The translations under genes were made by a program, and so were the position numbers. 64,000 bases of DNA from Balanoglossus misakiensis (lineage: Eukaryota > Animalia > Hemichordata): the NCBI GenBank assembly GCA_040954595.2, contig CM082598.2:7765097-7829096 (forward strand), written 5' to 3'. Under the pieces are notes generated by a model that searched no databases, had not been told where the DNA came from, and worked only from the letters and a program-made list of their open reading frames with translations. Shown here piece by piece: positions 39,681 to 53,482 of this stretch (position 1 is its first letter; every line of letters begins with the position of its first letter).

Positions 39681-40501
39681 AATATAAAATGAGACTGGGC
39701 GGCCTTAATAATTTGAAACACCTGCATGATATCACTTCTTTATTTTGCCAGAGGTCCGTGCATCTTTCTTTCACGGTTTTGTCTTCTGGCTGCATTTATG
39801 GTTGTCTGTGCTAGGCCACGCTGTGCTGCTGATGATGTTGCGGATTTGTAATTATTTATTTGTCTTCACCAAACCATGTTTCCCTAGCAGAATATTGGTG
39901 AATGTAACACCATCACAATTAAATAGACACTCTAACGCACAGTATCCACAGTAAAAAGTTTCGTCTGGATAAGGTGTACTGCTATGTTAACTAGAAAATG
40001 TACAGTGACTGCGCGTCCGTGATCGGTTGTCTCCATCTATAAGTAGAGCACATCTGTGCATCAAGTTAAGTAAGGATGTGTAGCTTAGGCCGACGATCAT
40101 CTTATGCGCATGTGCGTACTTTCGTATGCACAAACAATACGTCCAACCCAAATGTTCTGCAAAGTTTGCCTTTGGCACATTCAAATAGTTGGCTGCATCC
40201 GCATCCTTTCTTATTGCATGGGCGCCGAATATGAGACTCTAGATTTGTCCCTTCGTTTCATCCAATTTGTTGTCTGTTCCTGATCTCCAACACAGACTAG
40301 TCTCCGCCATCTTGTCTGTTGATAGAACAGCATACTGCCCGAGTCTCTAGTTTGGCTCATGCGCATAAGGCGTTCGTCGCCCTTTAATGAAGCCTGAGGA
40401 ATGTGACACAATTCAGATTCAGCTGATAACATGTTATAATGATTTTTCCTGATAATCGTATTGAACAGTATTAGTAACGATTTTTATTGTAATTTTTTTA
40501 G

Positions 40502-40563
40502 AGCCACAAAATTGTACACTTTGGATGATTGTCTACTTTATCGAAGATTTGTCTGTCGATATG
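40502..40563 (+). CDS. CTLD2 exon c (duplicate copy 2)
   Basis: Identical to 35545-35606 with intact splice sites. Confidence 0.6.
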
Positions 40564-41206
40564 GTAGGTGTATATTTTATACTTTATCAAATCTTTCAAC
40601 AGTACACCAGAGACTCCCATGCAAATTTGTTAAGCAATACTTTTTGTATGAAGTAAAGACGAATGGCGACCTTTTAGGATTTTGGTCGGGTTTCTAATGT
40701 GTGCAGTTTCATTGTATTGCAAAGTTGTGGCGTAATAATTGTACCATGTTTGTTAATATGTTGAACTCTAAATAGATGTAACTTGAGTCACGAACGGTTG
40801 CGACATGCAAGTACTGAAATGTCGCCATCTCAGAAAAGAACTTCATCGCCACTTTTTGTATTGGTTCTCTCTTGCGTGTCTAATAAAACCTTCGTCGCGA
40901 GAACGTTACATTATCCACATTACCGGCAGACAAAATAAGTGTAAACGTCCTCTAAAAATAAACGGGAAACCCGTTTTACTAAAAGGTGTATCCGATCTGC
41001 ACCATCGATTTATTGCACTTTGAATGAATGATGTTACCAGAAATTGCAATATTCAGCGTGGCAGTTTCTTGTCAGATATGGACCTAACAGACTTCAATGA
41101 ATCACTTATACAAGCCGAAGTGAACATGGCGCCCTTTTGTGACCCAACGCCTCGTTGAATACCACTTATCCTAAACCAGTTATTTCTTGTGGGTTTTACA
41201 TTACAG

Positions 41207-41659
41207 GTGAACCAGTGTCGAATACACCTGGGTATACAGACCATGTTAGCTCTGATGTTACTGACACCAGTTCTTCAAAAATGTCAACAGATGTCACAGA
41301 AGATACTGGCGCTGATGCTAAATCTGAAACTAGAATGACTGAAACAGAATCCTCGTTAGAGTTAACAGTAATGCAGCGATACGAAACGACAGATAACGAA
41401 GTTCTGACAGACATCCCTGATTACAAGGGCACTGAGAGCGTGTCTGGTTTCATCTTGAAGGAAAACCCTACTGTAACGGCTACAACTGTAGTGCATGGGA
41501 CTGAACCAGACGTTGAGGGAGCCCACACTGATTCTGTCTCCATATCAACAGATACAATCGACGCCAGCATCTTCTCTCCTCATACTGCATGTAAAGGTCC
41601 ACTGTGCCAACATTTCCCAAGCATTAGTGTTGTCGATGGCGATTCGAAAGTGCCCCGCT
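41207..41659 (+). CDS. Stalk exon (duplicate copy 2)
   Basis: Copy of 36250-36702 with one D>Y and one silent change. Splice sites intact. Confidence 0.7.
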
Positions 41660-42128
41660 GTAAGTATAGGCTCACTGTGCTTCACAATCACAATTGTAGA
41701 AACAAAACACAATCAAATAATATAAAATGAGACTGGGCGGCCTTAATAATTTGAAACACCTGCATGATATCACTTCTTTATTTTGCCAGAGGTCCGTGCA
41801 TCTTTCTTTCACGGTTTTGTCTTCTGGCTGCATTTATGGTTGTCTGTGCTAGGCCACGCTGTGCTGCTGATGTTGTGTGTGTGTGTGTGTGTGTGTGTGG
41901 TTTTTGATTGGCCATGTACCAGTCAATGGTAAAATATATTTGCCTAGTGATTTTATTGAATATATAGATGGTTATGCTCGCAAATATATAATACTGTATT
42001 TCATAAGTAACCTGAATGGATCCTGCCCACGTCACAAGTAACCCGAATGAATCCTGCCCACGCCTATAGCCCAAGGCCTCATATTCTGCACTTTAAGCTT
42101 TTTTGCTATCCATTTTTTTTCTTGACAG

Positions 42129-42280
42129 GTGACGAACTCGGTAACAATGACAACACTTTCATGGTTCTAGTCCTATGCTTTATCGCTGCATATCTGGCTG
42201 TGCATATTGTGTTGATCCTCGGGATTTCGCGGTTTGTAAGAAACCTAGACCCTGCTCCGAAGTTGCAAAATGACACATAG
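42129..42280 (+). CDS. Terminal exon: transmembrane helix and short cytoplasmic tail of the CTLD receptor
   Basis: ttgacag| phase 1. DELGNNDNTFMVLVLCFIAAYLAVHIVLILGISRFVRNLDPAPKLQNDT*. AATAAA at ~42417-42426. Confidence 0.8.
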
Positions 42281-43639
42281 AATACTGTTCTGGCTTTGAC
42301 CTTTATCCATGTTATTGACTCAATGATCGAATGCAAAATATTATTTATGATTGCTAGTTAGGTTTTTCTTACAGTAAGCGCAACACTTATTACACTTAAT
42401 AATTAAGATTAAGCTAAATAAATAAAGTCAGCATTTAAACCGTATTGGAATTGAATTGTAACTACATTTATTTTTGAACAAATGTGGCACAGGTGTATTA
42501 ATTATCGCAGGTTTCCAATGTCTTGAGGACATATTCACTATGGATCTAGGTAGTTATTATGTGCACATGCGTACATTCAACTACTGGAGGATATCTTTTT
42601 GGACTTACTGTAATACCTGTGCTGTATTGTGTTGTGTTTGTCTGTACAATGTGCCACATAAATGTGATAATTGATTGAATATATTTGGAATATGGATGGA
42701 TATGATCGGAATTATTTGATTATAATTAGTGTTATTTTAATAAACGTATATACTTTAGTTTGCTATGACTTCAAACCTGTGTTGTTGTTGTTTTTTCCTG
42801 GAACGGAATTCGAAATACCGCCCACGGCAGCAGTTGATGGTTGTGAGGTAATTGCAATAGTTTTGTTTGTCCCGATCGCCATGTTCCAGTGGGGCGTACA
42901 AATTTCGGTCTGTCCTTCCTTCACATGCGGAGATGAATTTCATTCAAATCTTGCAACACAAATGTCTATAGTGATGCATGTTTATCATAAATGTCAGAGT
43001 AAACACGACGGATGTTAATGAGACAGCTGTTTTGCCTGGAGATTTAACTATTGAAACAGATGTGGCGATGGTTTCATAGCCCGGCGCTCAATAGACGATG
43101 TTGATTCGGATAGTGATGAAGAATATTCCTCTCAGATTAAAAATGTGAAGCAGTTGAGTCTGAAGACGAATTTACAGAACTGCAAACTTCCTCGGATGAG
43201 AACACATTACTTAAAATAAGATGCAAAAGTAATTAATGCAACCATCAATATGAGTAAGGCTATTGACGAAAATATCTCGGTCAATGTCAATGTTATTCTT
43301 AACTCAGGTCCTAAGCACACTGAGTGGAGTGTGATTCTGATCAAAGTGTTTCCACTCATCTCAGGAACGAAATACCGAATCTGAACAAACGCCCCGGTTA
43401 CAATCTCTTAACGTACCGATATAACTGATTGCTTTTCTTCATAATATAAGGTCACTCAAAAATCTTGTCAGTATCATCGTCTGTGCATTGGAGCAAAAGA
43501 TGTCAGGCATGGAGCTGCTTGAAGAAAACCTTCTGCTGGACTCGTCCTTCCACACCAACGTCCTCTGCGAAGATACCATCCAATCAGAGAAGTACTAGAC
43601 TTATTATTTTGTGCTGCAGAAATCTGCACTTATGTCCGT

Positions 43640-44245
43640 CGAAAATAGATTTACCGAAGCGAACCAAGCAGGCATATGCTCCTAGCTCCCTGTCTAGACG
43701 CTTTTAAGGGGAAACTGCAGACTTACTTGTTTAAGGATGTACGCGCAGAACATAAACCGGAAACACTGCGCGCCCGGTCTTTTTCCCATAGGATTACATT
43801 GATAATCGCAAGAAAACAAACTTCTACTATTGTCATTTTCACGAACTGTTACACATAGCTGAAACCAGCAAATATAAATTCATTGGTCAAATAAAATATA
43901 GGGGTCACCATGCTCTATTTTGAGATAAATTGCGTTAAAAATGCCCATAGACAAACCATTGGTGAAAAATGCTGAGTCAGCAGATTTCTTCTATTATCGA
44001 CCAAATTCATGGCTCTGTATTTCAAAAACAAGCGCGGTGACCCCTATATTTTATTACGAATTTTCATTATACATACAAAGGAGAATACTAAAAATCCAAA
44101 ATTAAAAAAATGACAATACTTTAAATTTTACTGAACGTACATCCTGAAAAAAGCCTACAGTGTGTGAACAACCATCGGGCGCCACTGAACCGTACTCTGG
44201 ATATTGGCGCCATATAAATGTTTTTGATTGATTGATTGACTGATA
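43640..44245 (+). mobile_element. L2/CR1-group LINE 3' end, interrupted by a Kolobok MITE
   Basis: APCLDAFKGKLQTYLFK ORF2 terminus, then ...ggcgccatataaat and a (TGAT)n tail. Confidence 0.6.
43735..44144 (+). mobile_element. Kolobok-type MITE
   Basis: TTAA|ggatgtacg ... cgtacatcc|TGAA. Same family as 2849-3247. Confidence 0.8.
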
Positions 44246-44994
44246 GCTCCCATTATAGATATTTCAAAAAGTACACCATGTACTCCATCAGGCAGTAAGG
44301 TCAATTTGGATGAGTTTTAAGATCAACAGTATCCACATTATATATTTTCCACTAGCTGCCGATCTCAAAATAAAGTACACGTAAGGAAAATTAAATACAA
44401 TTACAATTATATAAAGTTAATTTAATTAATGACATGTTATACTACATTTACTCAATAGTTCAGTCATGCTGTGTGTTTTGGCGAAAGTTTTCTTTTTAGT
44501 TTATTGTTATGTCAAGAGATTGTCAACCTTATAAGTTTGCAAAGATTTTACTAATGAAAAGAAATCTTAAAAGCTATGGGATTCTTTCACCATCTTGTTA
44601 TTAAACATGTATATCTTATAGTAAGTAATTGTGCAGAAGTTTTGTTAGTTTGTACAATGATCGATGAAAAAAAAAACAGAACTGAATTTGGATTGAGATT
44701 GCTCGGGCACATGGATGAAATAGTAGCAGACAAAATTAATTCTTAAATCTGAAGAAATATCTGGGATGTTCTTTTATGTAGTGCAATAATTTGTGCAAAA
44801 TCAAGGCATGTAATAAGATGGCATTATATGAGTCATTCAGTGCTGGTACTGATTATCAAATGCAACAGGCACCCGAAACTCAGTGTGACCCCACTCAACA
44901 CAAACACTTTTATGGTGATGTTACTCAGGCCATGTGCAATGCATCAACAATCTGCTGTAAAAAGCAAGACCTGCAAGGCTATGCACTTATAGTC

Positions 44995-47600
44995 TAGTCA
45001 ATCTACGAGATTTGGGCACCTAACCCACCACAAATTGCAACAGAATTTTGTCTTCAGAATATTAGTCCATGGGCCAGACAGGAATTTGGTATCAGAAAGA
45101 TGGACAAAGCCTCACATTGTTTTTTGGAAAGGCCTATATCTCTAGATTATAAATTGGGGTGATAGCCCTGCCTATCGAGTAGCTTTCTGCATTTTTTCCC
45201 TCAAAAACTTATGTAAGAACCTAAAAATTTCCGATCCAAATTTTGGGGGTAGGGATACTTTAAATTGCTGTAACTCCAGCAAAACTAAAGCCAGAACAGT
45301 CATTTACCACTCAAATTGTGTGTTTTTTAGAACTCTACCAATATAATATATTTTGGTGGTAATTCGTTTTGAATTGAGGTCAATAGAGGTCAAAAGGTCA
45401 TGAAATTTGGGTCATTCTGAAAATTTGTAGTATGACTATTTCTTGAACGATTTTTTTGAACTTAAGTCTTCAAATGTCATTTACAAGATAAAATACTCTC
45501 CCAGAATCTATTTCAAACCAATAGAAAACCTTATTATTCATTTATGACCAGAAAAACACAAATAAAGAGAAACGACAGAAAGACATCCAATTTTCCACTC
45601 AGATTTAAGGGTAGGGGAAACTTAAGTTCTTGTAACTCCGGCAAAAATAACCCCAGAACAGTCATCTACCACTCAAATTGTGTGTTTTGTAGAACTCTAC
45701 CAATATAATATATTTTGGTGATAATTCGTTTTGAATTGAGGTCAATAGAGGTCAAAAGGTCATGAAATTTGGGTCATTCTGAACATTTGTAGTATGACTA
45801 TTTCTTGAACGATTTTTTTGAACTTATAAGTCTTTAAATGTCATTTAGAAGATAAAATACTCTCCCAGAATCTATTTCAAACCAATAAAAAACCCTATTA
45901 TTCAATTACGATCAGAAAAACACAAATACAGAGATACGGAAGAATGGCACAAGACTTCAGACCCTGTTATTGGGGTAGTAGTTGTAACTCCGGCAAAAAT
46001 AAAGCCAGAAAAGTCATCTACCTCTCAAATTGTGTGTTTTTTAGCACTCTAGTGATTGTATATGTATTTGTTGCAATTTTGTTTTGAATTTAGGTCAAAG
46101 AGGTCAAAAGATCACAAGATTTGGGTAATTTCGAAAAATTATGGTACGAACATTTCCGCATTAATTTTTTAAACCCAAGTCTTCAAATGTCATTTATGAG
46201 ATAAAATACTCTACACGATTTTTTTTCAGACCAATTGAAGACCTTATTATTCAATTACAATCAGAAAAAAAATTAATAGAGAAACGGGATAATAACAAAC
46301 AATTTCCCACGGATTTGGGGGTAGGTTTGGCCATCTAACAGGTAAGTATACACCCAATTGATCATGCACATATGGTGTTTAGGAGAACGGATGTGCAAAT
46401 TTGTGAACCTTTGCATGCTGCTCATGTGCACTGTACTTGTATGATGATTCCTAACAATACTACGAGAAGGGGCCATTATAGCATTGTAGCTCTGATTGTG
46501 TATTATTGTTGGATACCATCCTACAGTGTACAGGCACAGCAGATGACAAGCCAAGCAAAGGTTCAAAAATCTGCTTATTTTTCCCCTCGACACAATATGA
46601 GCATGATCTGTTTATATTCAGGTCCAGTATAATAAATAAAAAATGGCAAACCCATCTTCTATTCCACACAAGAGGGCTCGACGGGATTGTTTTCTCGACT
46701 GTCATGAATCCGACCATAAAGCAAGCCTCGTCACTCTACAAGATCACGCCTCCTGGATAACTTTGCTGAATACAGCTAACATACAAAAATACAAACCAAT
46801 TCAGGACCTCGCCATTGGTTTGGGCGAAGGTGAAATTCCTCAGGTGCAGTACCATCGGAAATGCCGAAGTCTCTTTACGATGAAAAAGGCTCTTGAATCT
46901 ATCCTTTCTAAAGAGCAGTCGTCATCAACTGAGGGAACCAATACACTGGAACGTAAAAAAGAGGTCGAGCATACAAGGGTCTCGGGTGTACAATCACATT
47001 TGCCTATTTTGCTCCACCACCAAGTACATGAAGGGAAGTAGGACAAGAGCTCCTTTAGTTCGTTGTCAGCAATTGCGTGCGGACAACACATTAAGGGAGG
47101 CAGCAACAAGAAAAAACGACAGTAAAATTCGTGCACTTCTCAGTCGTGAGTTGGTTGCTGCTGAGGGTCACTATCATAGAAAGTGTTATAGGGACTAAAC
47201 AAGGCCTGATATTCAAGCAGGTTCAAGTCATATGGAGGTTGATGAAAGTCAACATGATCAAGATACTAGTTATGAGGATGTCCTGCAAATTGCTCAAGAA
47301 GAGTTATTTTCTTTTATCAGAAATGATTTGTTCACAAACCCTGAGGTAGTTCCCCTGACTGATCTATCAAACAAGTTAGTTACCAAAATGCTCCAACTTG
47401 GTGTTAAACAGGTTAACAATTCCACCAACAAAACTTGCAGCATACGCTAAATACGGAATTCAAAGGGACAATGATGTAAATGGTAGGGTGCTTGTATATC
47501 CGTCTCACTAGATATAGGTACTGTTGACCTGAAGTACAATGCTGAAAAGAACTTCTTGCAGCAGAAAAACAATCACATGAAAGTATCATCACCACATCTG
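44995..47600 (+). mobile_element. 5' portion of an Academ-like DNA transposon
   Basis: TAGTCA terminus, three ~360-bp subterminal tandem repeats (45245-46325), then a broken transposase N-terminus. Confidence 0.55.
46643..47450 (+). pseudogene. Academ-like transposase N-terminal region (frameshift plus stop)
   Basis: QYHRKCRSLF ... ICLFC ... ELVAAEGHYHRKCY motifs. Frameshift near 46960 and stop at 47196-47198. Confidence 0.65.
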
Positions 47601-47919
47601 CTCTAATCCTGCTTACGTTATGTTTTTCAGCTTTTAATTCTTCTTGGGAAATGGAGCATCCATATGTACTGGGTGACTAATGAAAATACACCGATTGAAG
47701 TTTTAATCAAAAATGAGTTTATGTTAAGATATAAGATTTTAAAAACAGCTGGATGCAAAAGCTGTTGTACTAGAAACTTTTCAGAAAATTACGAGTATGC
47801 TGTAATTTTTAACCTCTTCAGGCCCTTGCAACAACACTGTCTTTTCTATATTTATATAAACATGTAACTGAGGTGAAGGTTTAAATAAAAGATAAAAAAA
47901 AGAGCGGCCAAATTTATTA

Positions 47920-48490
47920 CAACATGAGAACAGCTCGCGCACGTTTTAAGCATACACTTCGGTTGGCACACGGCTAGAGCCGACAGTCTGGCAGCGTGCT
48001 TGATAACTTTTGTTGATGCATTGGACAGGGCTAGATTACTGCTTGAGCATTAATGACTGTAACAGCTTTCGGAAGAAAGTTCGCACCATCAACTGCACTC
48101 CTACCATCTCATCAGGGCATTAAAATATTGCCAACATGTGGAACGACCCTAATTTATTGCTGCTGTCCTCTGTGAAAAGTAACGTCTACGAGGATTTGGT
48201 GAGAACTTGGGTCAAGACATGTGACTCAGCACATGTTGATGTTACACCTAACCGTGCAGATATTTTAAGAGCGATCAACGCACTTTCAAACGGTAAAGCT
48301 GTAGGCAGCTGACAAGCTTTCGTGTGGACATTATAAGTTTACCAGCTGGAGACTTCATGTGTTGTAAGCTCCTGCCCTTTCTTGCATGCTGTCACATGGT
48401 CATCCACCAAACACCCTTATAAAATCCATCATTGTGCGACTAGCTAAAGACAAACCTGGTGACTTGACCAACAAAGACAACTACATACCC
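47920..48490 (+). mobile_element. RTE-X-like LINE ORF2 fragment
   Basis: Broken frames MRTARARFKHTLR, ARADSLAA, NIANMW and LSHGHPPNTLIKSIIVRLAKDKPGDLTNKDNY (region just before the RT NYRPI motif). Confidence 0.7.
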
Positions 48491-49759
48491 GAATTTGCTA
48501 GCTGGCTTCTTACATATGACAAACAGAAAACATACTGCAAACAATGTCACAGTGCCTACAGTTATCTGTAAATAAGGTAGCGATTGTAAGCATATCAACA
48601 TTCATTGCAAGGGGTCCATTTGTGATTGGGTCAGAGAACTTCCATAGCCCTGTAGCTCACACTCAAAGTGAACGACACAAAGTGGCCGCGGAGCATGTGA
48701 AAAATCGCACCGCTCCATGTGTTAAGAGCAGCACAGACATAACTATGCAGTAAACTTAAACATCTCTTCAGAAACGCTCATTCCATCTGTGTACAGATCG
48801 AGCCGCTTCTAATGCATATGATGACATTATGAATCTGACCATGGATCATGACGATTCAGACTTCAATAACACTGAGAAAGATATAGGATTTTATCATTTT
48901 GAGATTGCGGATTATCTAGATGACTGATTCCTGATTCTGCAATCAATTTAAACCAAAATTTTTTATTGCAGTGTGTTGAAAAGAATTATTTACTTTCCTA
49001 CAACATTTAAAAGTGAAGGAGACTTAACCTTAAATAGTTATTGTTTACAACTGCATCTGAAGCTTAGGATTGGTGCCGGTCCTTATGACCCAAAGCTCGT
49101 TACGTAGCCATTGATGGACAACAGAAGTCATCCTTATACTTTTAGACCTAATCTGCGGCATTTGATACAATTGACCACCAAATTTTACTTTATAGATTGT
49201 AGCATCATTTTAGCAATTAGGGAAATGATGAACACTATAGAAAGTATGGGAAGAAACGAAAGGGGAACTAGTAGTCAGAAGATGCCCATTATCGCGGACA
49301 ATTCTTCTGTAAGAGTTGATGATTTTCTTCCTTGCCATTACTGCCACGATCTCTTCATTGGCAAATCAGTGTTGCGGGACTTCAAGGTATGCAGTCACCT
49401 CCAATTTACATACGCAAACGTATGGCTAAAATGGCGTATTTGAGCGTTCTAAAGGACATATGGTGGCGGTCTTTTTGTCGCGTGTGCCACCCATTGGAAA
49501 TCTGTGATTGACTAGATCTCAATTTGCCATGGTAACTATAGCTAATTTTCCATAGGTGACCGTATACCTTTTAACGTGTGTAGGCATATAACAGCATCTA
49601 GAATGGTTCAAAAAGGCAAATCCAAAACCCCAGCAGAAGCTTTGACAATGAAAATGACCAGTTAAAGGCACATAAGCTACAACTTTGGGGATAGTTACCA
49701 TAATTTTTTTTTAAAACTGTACAACCTTTAGTCCATGCAGATGCAGGCAGTGAACTATA

Positions 49760-51475
49760 CACAAGCATGATAGACTACCCTAGGAGCTAGGTGCCTTTAA
49801 TCAGAATTTTTGGTAAGGAAGGTTTGAGAAGTCCTTTATATGTAAAAATGGTGCTGATCCTAAAAAAGTCAGTCTTTTTGACCCCACTCAAGACAAAATT
49901 GCCATTTTGGCCATTTTTAACCCAAAAAGGTCATTTTTAGAAAACATTAAAAACACACTGTTTTCGTCACATTCTGAGATCTGATGACATATGATATGTT
50001 TATTATATGTAAAATTTGGTGAATATTACGATAAAAGCAGTCCGATGGACCCAAAACAACACAAAATTGCCTTTTGACCATTTTTTGCCACAAAACGTCT
50101 TTTTAGAAAAAAATTAAAACACATGGTTTTCTTCATAATGATTTATCTGGTGATATATGGAAAGTCAATTCTATGTTAAAAGTGGTGACTTTAAAAAGTA
50201 AAGCAGTTTTTTTGACCTCAATCAATACAAAAATGCCATTTTTGGCCACTTTTTGAGGTCAAAAAAGGTCATTTTTACAAAAGAACTAATTGTTTTCTTC
50301 ATATTCAGAGATCATTTGATATATGAAATGTTCATTCTATGTTTAAAATGGTGCTTATTCCAGAAATAGCAGTCTTATTGACACTACTCAAGAAAAAATT
50401 GCCATTTTTGACACTTTTTGCCCAAAATAGTCATTTTTAGAAAACACTCAAAACTTATATATTTCTTCACTTTCGGAGATCTGATAATGTATTATATGTC
50501 CACCCTATGTAAAATTTGGTGATTATTCCAAAAAGCTGATTTATTGACCCAACCTAATGCAAAAATGTCTTTTTGGAAAGTTTTTGCCCAAAAAGGCCAT
50601 TTTTAGAAAAAAAATTAAAAACAAACTTTTCTTCATAAAGTTCAGAGATCATGCGGTATATGAAATGTTCATTCTATGTAAAAATGGTGCTGATTCCAGA
50701 AATAGCAGTCTTATTGACCCTACTCAAGATAAAATTGCCATTTTTGACATTTTTTGCCCCAAAACGTCATTTCTAGAAAACACTCAAAGCTTACATATTT
50801 TCTTCACATTCGGAGATCTGATAATGTATTTCATACCCCTCTATGTGAACAATTTCCAAAAAAGCAGTTTTATGATGCCACTCAAGATAAAAGCGCCTTT
50901 TTGGCAAGTTTTTGCCCAAAAGTGTCAAAACTTTTATATTTTCTTCACTTTCGGAGATCTGATGATGTATTATTTACCCACTCAATATGAAAAAAAAAAA
51001 AACACAAAAAAAAACAGTTTTACTGGCGCCGCTTTTTTGGCAAGTTTTTGCCCAAAAAGCCACTTTTAGAAAATCATTAAAAACAAACTGTGTTCTTTTT
51101 ATTTGGAGATTCTATGATGTGTGAAAAGTACATTTTATGTAACATAGGTACTGTTTCCAGAAATGTCGTCTTATTGACCTCAACCATGATGAAATCGCCT
51201 TTTGGCTAAGTTTTGCACAACATTGTTATTTTTAAGAATATATTAATAGCATACTCTTTTCTTCATTTTCGGTGATCTTATTATAAATAAAGGCCCATTC
51301 TATATTGAAACGTGGTTACTGTTCCAAAAATTCGCGTCAAGGACACGGTGGTCCCATTGAGTTATTATACAAAAAAAAGTCTACACCGGAGTACATGGCC
51401 ATATACAGACAGACAGACACACACACACACACATAGCGAGAGATCAATGGGCAAGCACTGACTGACCCATAAGCT
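49760..51475 (-). mobile_element. HINE-like element with diverged ~150-bp tandem repeats
   Basis: Repeated aaaattgccatttt...ttttgcccaaaa...tttttagaaaa units ending in a (CAGA)n(CA)n microsatellite. Boundaries approximate. Confidence 0.6.
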
Positions 51476-51601
51476 GCAAATGGCGTATGTACTGTACATA
51501 CACTAAATATAACAGCTGGCCTCTTTAAAACTTAGCCAGTTATGTAATCATTCAGGAATTTGCTGTGTAACTCAATCACACCAGGGAACTTCCTGTCTAA
51601 T

Positions 51602-53395
51602 TAGTCCTGTTTCAAAATGACCTACATTACACGTCCTATACACATGTATTGCCTGTTCTGATTGGTTTATCCGATTCTCTAAGGTCCACTTGCGGACTAG
51701 TCCTGTTTCATAAGTCAGGTCCAAGACATAAGTACCGACATCTGTGATTGGTCGATCTGGTAATCTTAGGCCCACTTGCGGCTCGCTGATTGGAGGGACC
51801 TTGTAGGTTAGGTCTTATTACTATGTATTATTCACTAGACCTTGTAGCTTAGGTCTTATTACTATGCATTATTCACTTTAGAGCTCCCTGATTGGTTAAC
51901 GTGTTAGTCTGGTCCCCCATGTGTTCACTGCCTCATTATACAGGACTTTGTAGGTTAGGTCTTATTAATATGTATTTATTCACCATACAGCTCCCTGATT
52001 GGTTAACATGTCAGTCTGGTCCCCCAGTGTTCACTGCCTCATTGTGAAATGTCCCATGTGCTTCCTGGTAACACATTATTCGGGATGTCCGCAGATCATT
52101 CATTGATTTTCTGAGAAATAGCCTGACTGATACTATCTCCAACATAAACCGCACCCTGGAAAGATTAAAGGATTTTTAGATGGACTTTGAAAATCTGATT
52201 AACTCATCTAAGCATTTTTGCTAACAGTTGTATATTTTTTTAATCACCCTCCTACTTCTCATCATCAATATTATTATTGTTGTTTTACTATTTTAAAGTA
52301 AATATGTTTTGACGAACATGTTGTGATAAGGAGCACGTTGTCCGTTTATACATTCGTATATTGTTTTCATAAAAATGGAACTATGACGGTGCAGCTTCGT
52401 GAAAGAAGTTCAATAAAAGTAATCATACCTGTAAAGCAACTAATGAGGTATCCCAATTAAAGAAATGCAATGCTATTCTAAACATTTCTATTGTAAGATA
52501 TTTTTGGTTTGCTCGAATGAATAGCACACACTTCGTATTCAGCCAGGTGTTACACGAAGTGATGCGCTGAAAGGCATTACGTAACAAAACACTAGCCCAT
52601 TTCAACAAACCGCCACTGGAAATAAAATACGAAATTTCTCCTGACAATTTTTATTTCGAGTATCTAGTTCACAGTATCACATAAAATGCCATGAATAGTG
52701 AAGGAAAAGGTGAAATCCAATCATTATATGAGTGCCTTTCTTTATACACTGGGATCGAGCTTCGACCACGCGCAGGCAGCATGCCAGACAGTATACGACA
52801 ACTGTGTTCAGAAAGTACAAAAGACTTTGCATAACGAGGCAGTGAAAATTGGAGACCTACACATTAACCAATCAGGGAGCTGAAAATTGAATAAATGCAT
52901 GTTAATAAGACCTAACCTACAAGGTCCTGTATAATGAGGCAGTGAACACGTGGGGGACCAGACTAACACGTTAACCAATCAGGGAGCTGTATGGTGAATA
53001 AATACATATTAATAAGACCTAACCTATAAGGTCCTGTATAATGAGGCAGTGAACACATGGGGGACCAGACTAACACGTTAACCAATCAGGGAGCTGTATG
53101 GTGAATAAATACATATTAATAAGACCTAACCTATAAGGTCCTGTATAATGAGGCAGTGAACACTGGAGGACCAGACCTACACATTAACCAATCAAGGAGC
53201 TGTAAAGTGAATAATGCATAATAATAAGACCTAACCTACAAGGTCTAGTGAATAATACATAGTAATAAGACCTAACCTATAAGGTCCCTCCAATCAGCGT
53301 GCCGCAAGTGGACCTTAGAGAATCGGATAAACCAATCAGAACAGGCAATACATGTGTATAGGACGTGTAATGTAGGTCATTTTGAAACAGGACTA
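51602..53395. mobile_element. Foldback-like TIR element with TAG...CTA termini (Academ-type) and ~108-bp subterminal repeats
   Basis: tagtcctgtttcaaaatgacctacattacacg... is inverted at ...cgtgtaatgtaggtcattttgaaacaggacta (~85 bp perfect). No clean TSD. Confidence 0.8.
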
Positions 53396-53482
53396 CTACA
53401 ACTGAGTCTAAACTTATATTGTATTAACGTAAACAAATGCGTTGCCTGCATGTTTAAGATCACTTCACACTAACTTTTACAG

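Larger units (their letters stand above)
34888..41875 (+). repeat. Near-identical tandem duplication (~2.0 kb unit: 34888-36762 plus 39681-39836, versus 39840-41875)
   Basis: Only a handful of differences seen. Junction at ...gatgatgtt|gcggatttgtaatt (~39839). Confidence 0.95.

Noticed and set aside
50557-51069. 170-aa ORF
   Set aside because: It lies inside AT-rich tandem repeats of a non-autonomous element, and its Phe/Lys-biased composition indicates non-coding sequence.
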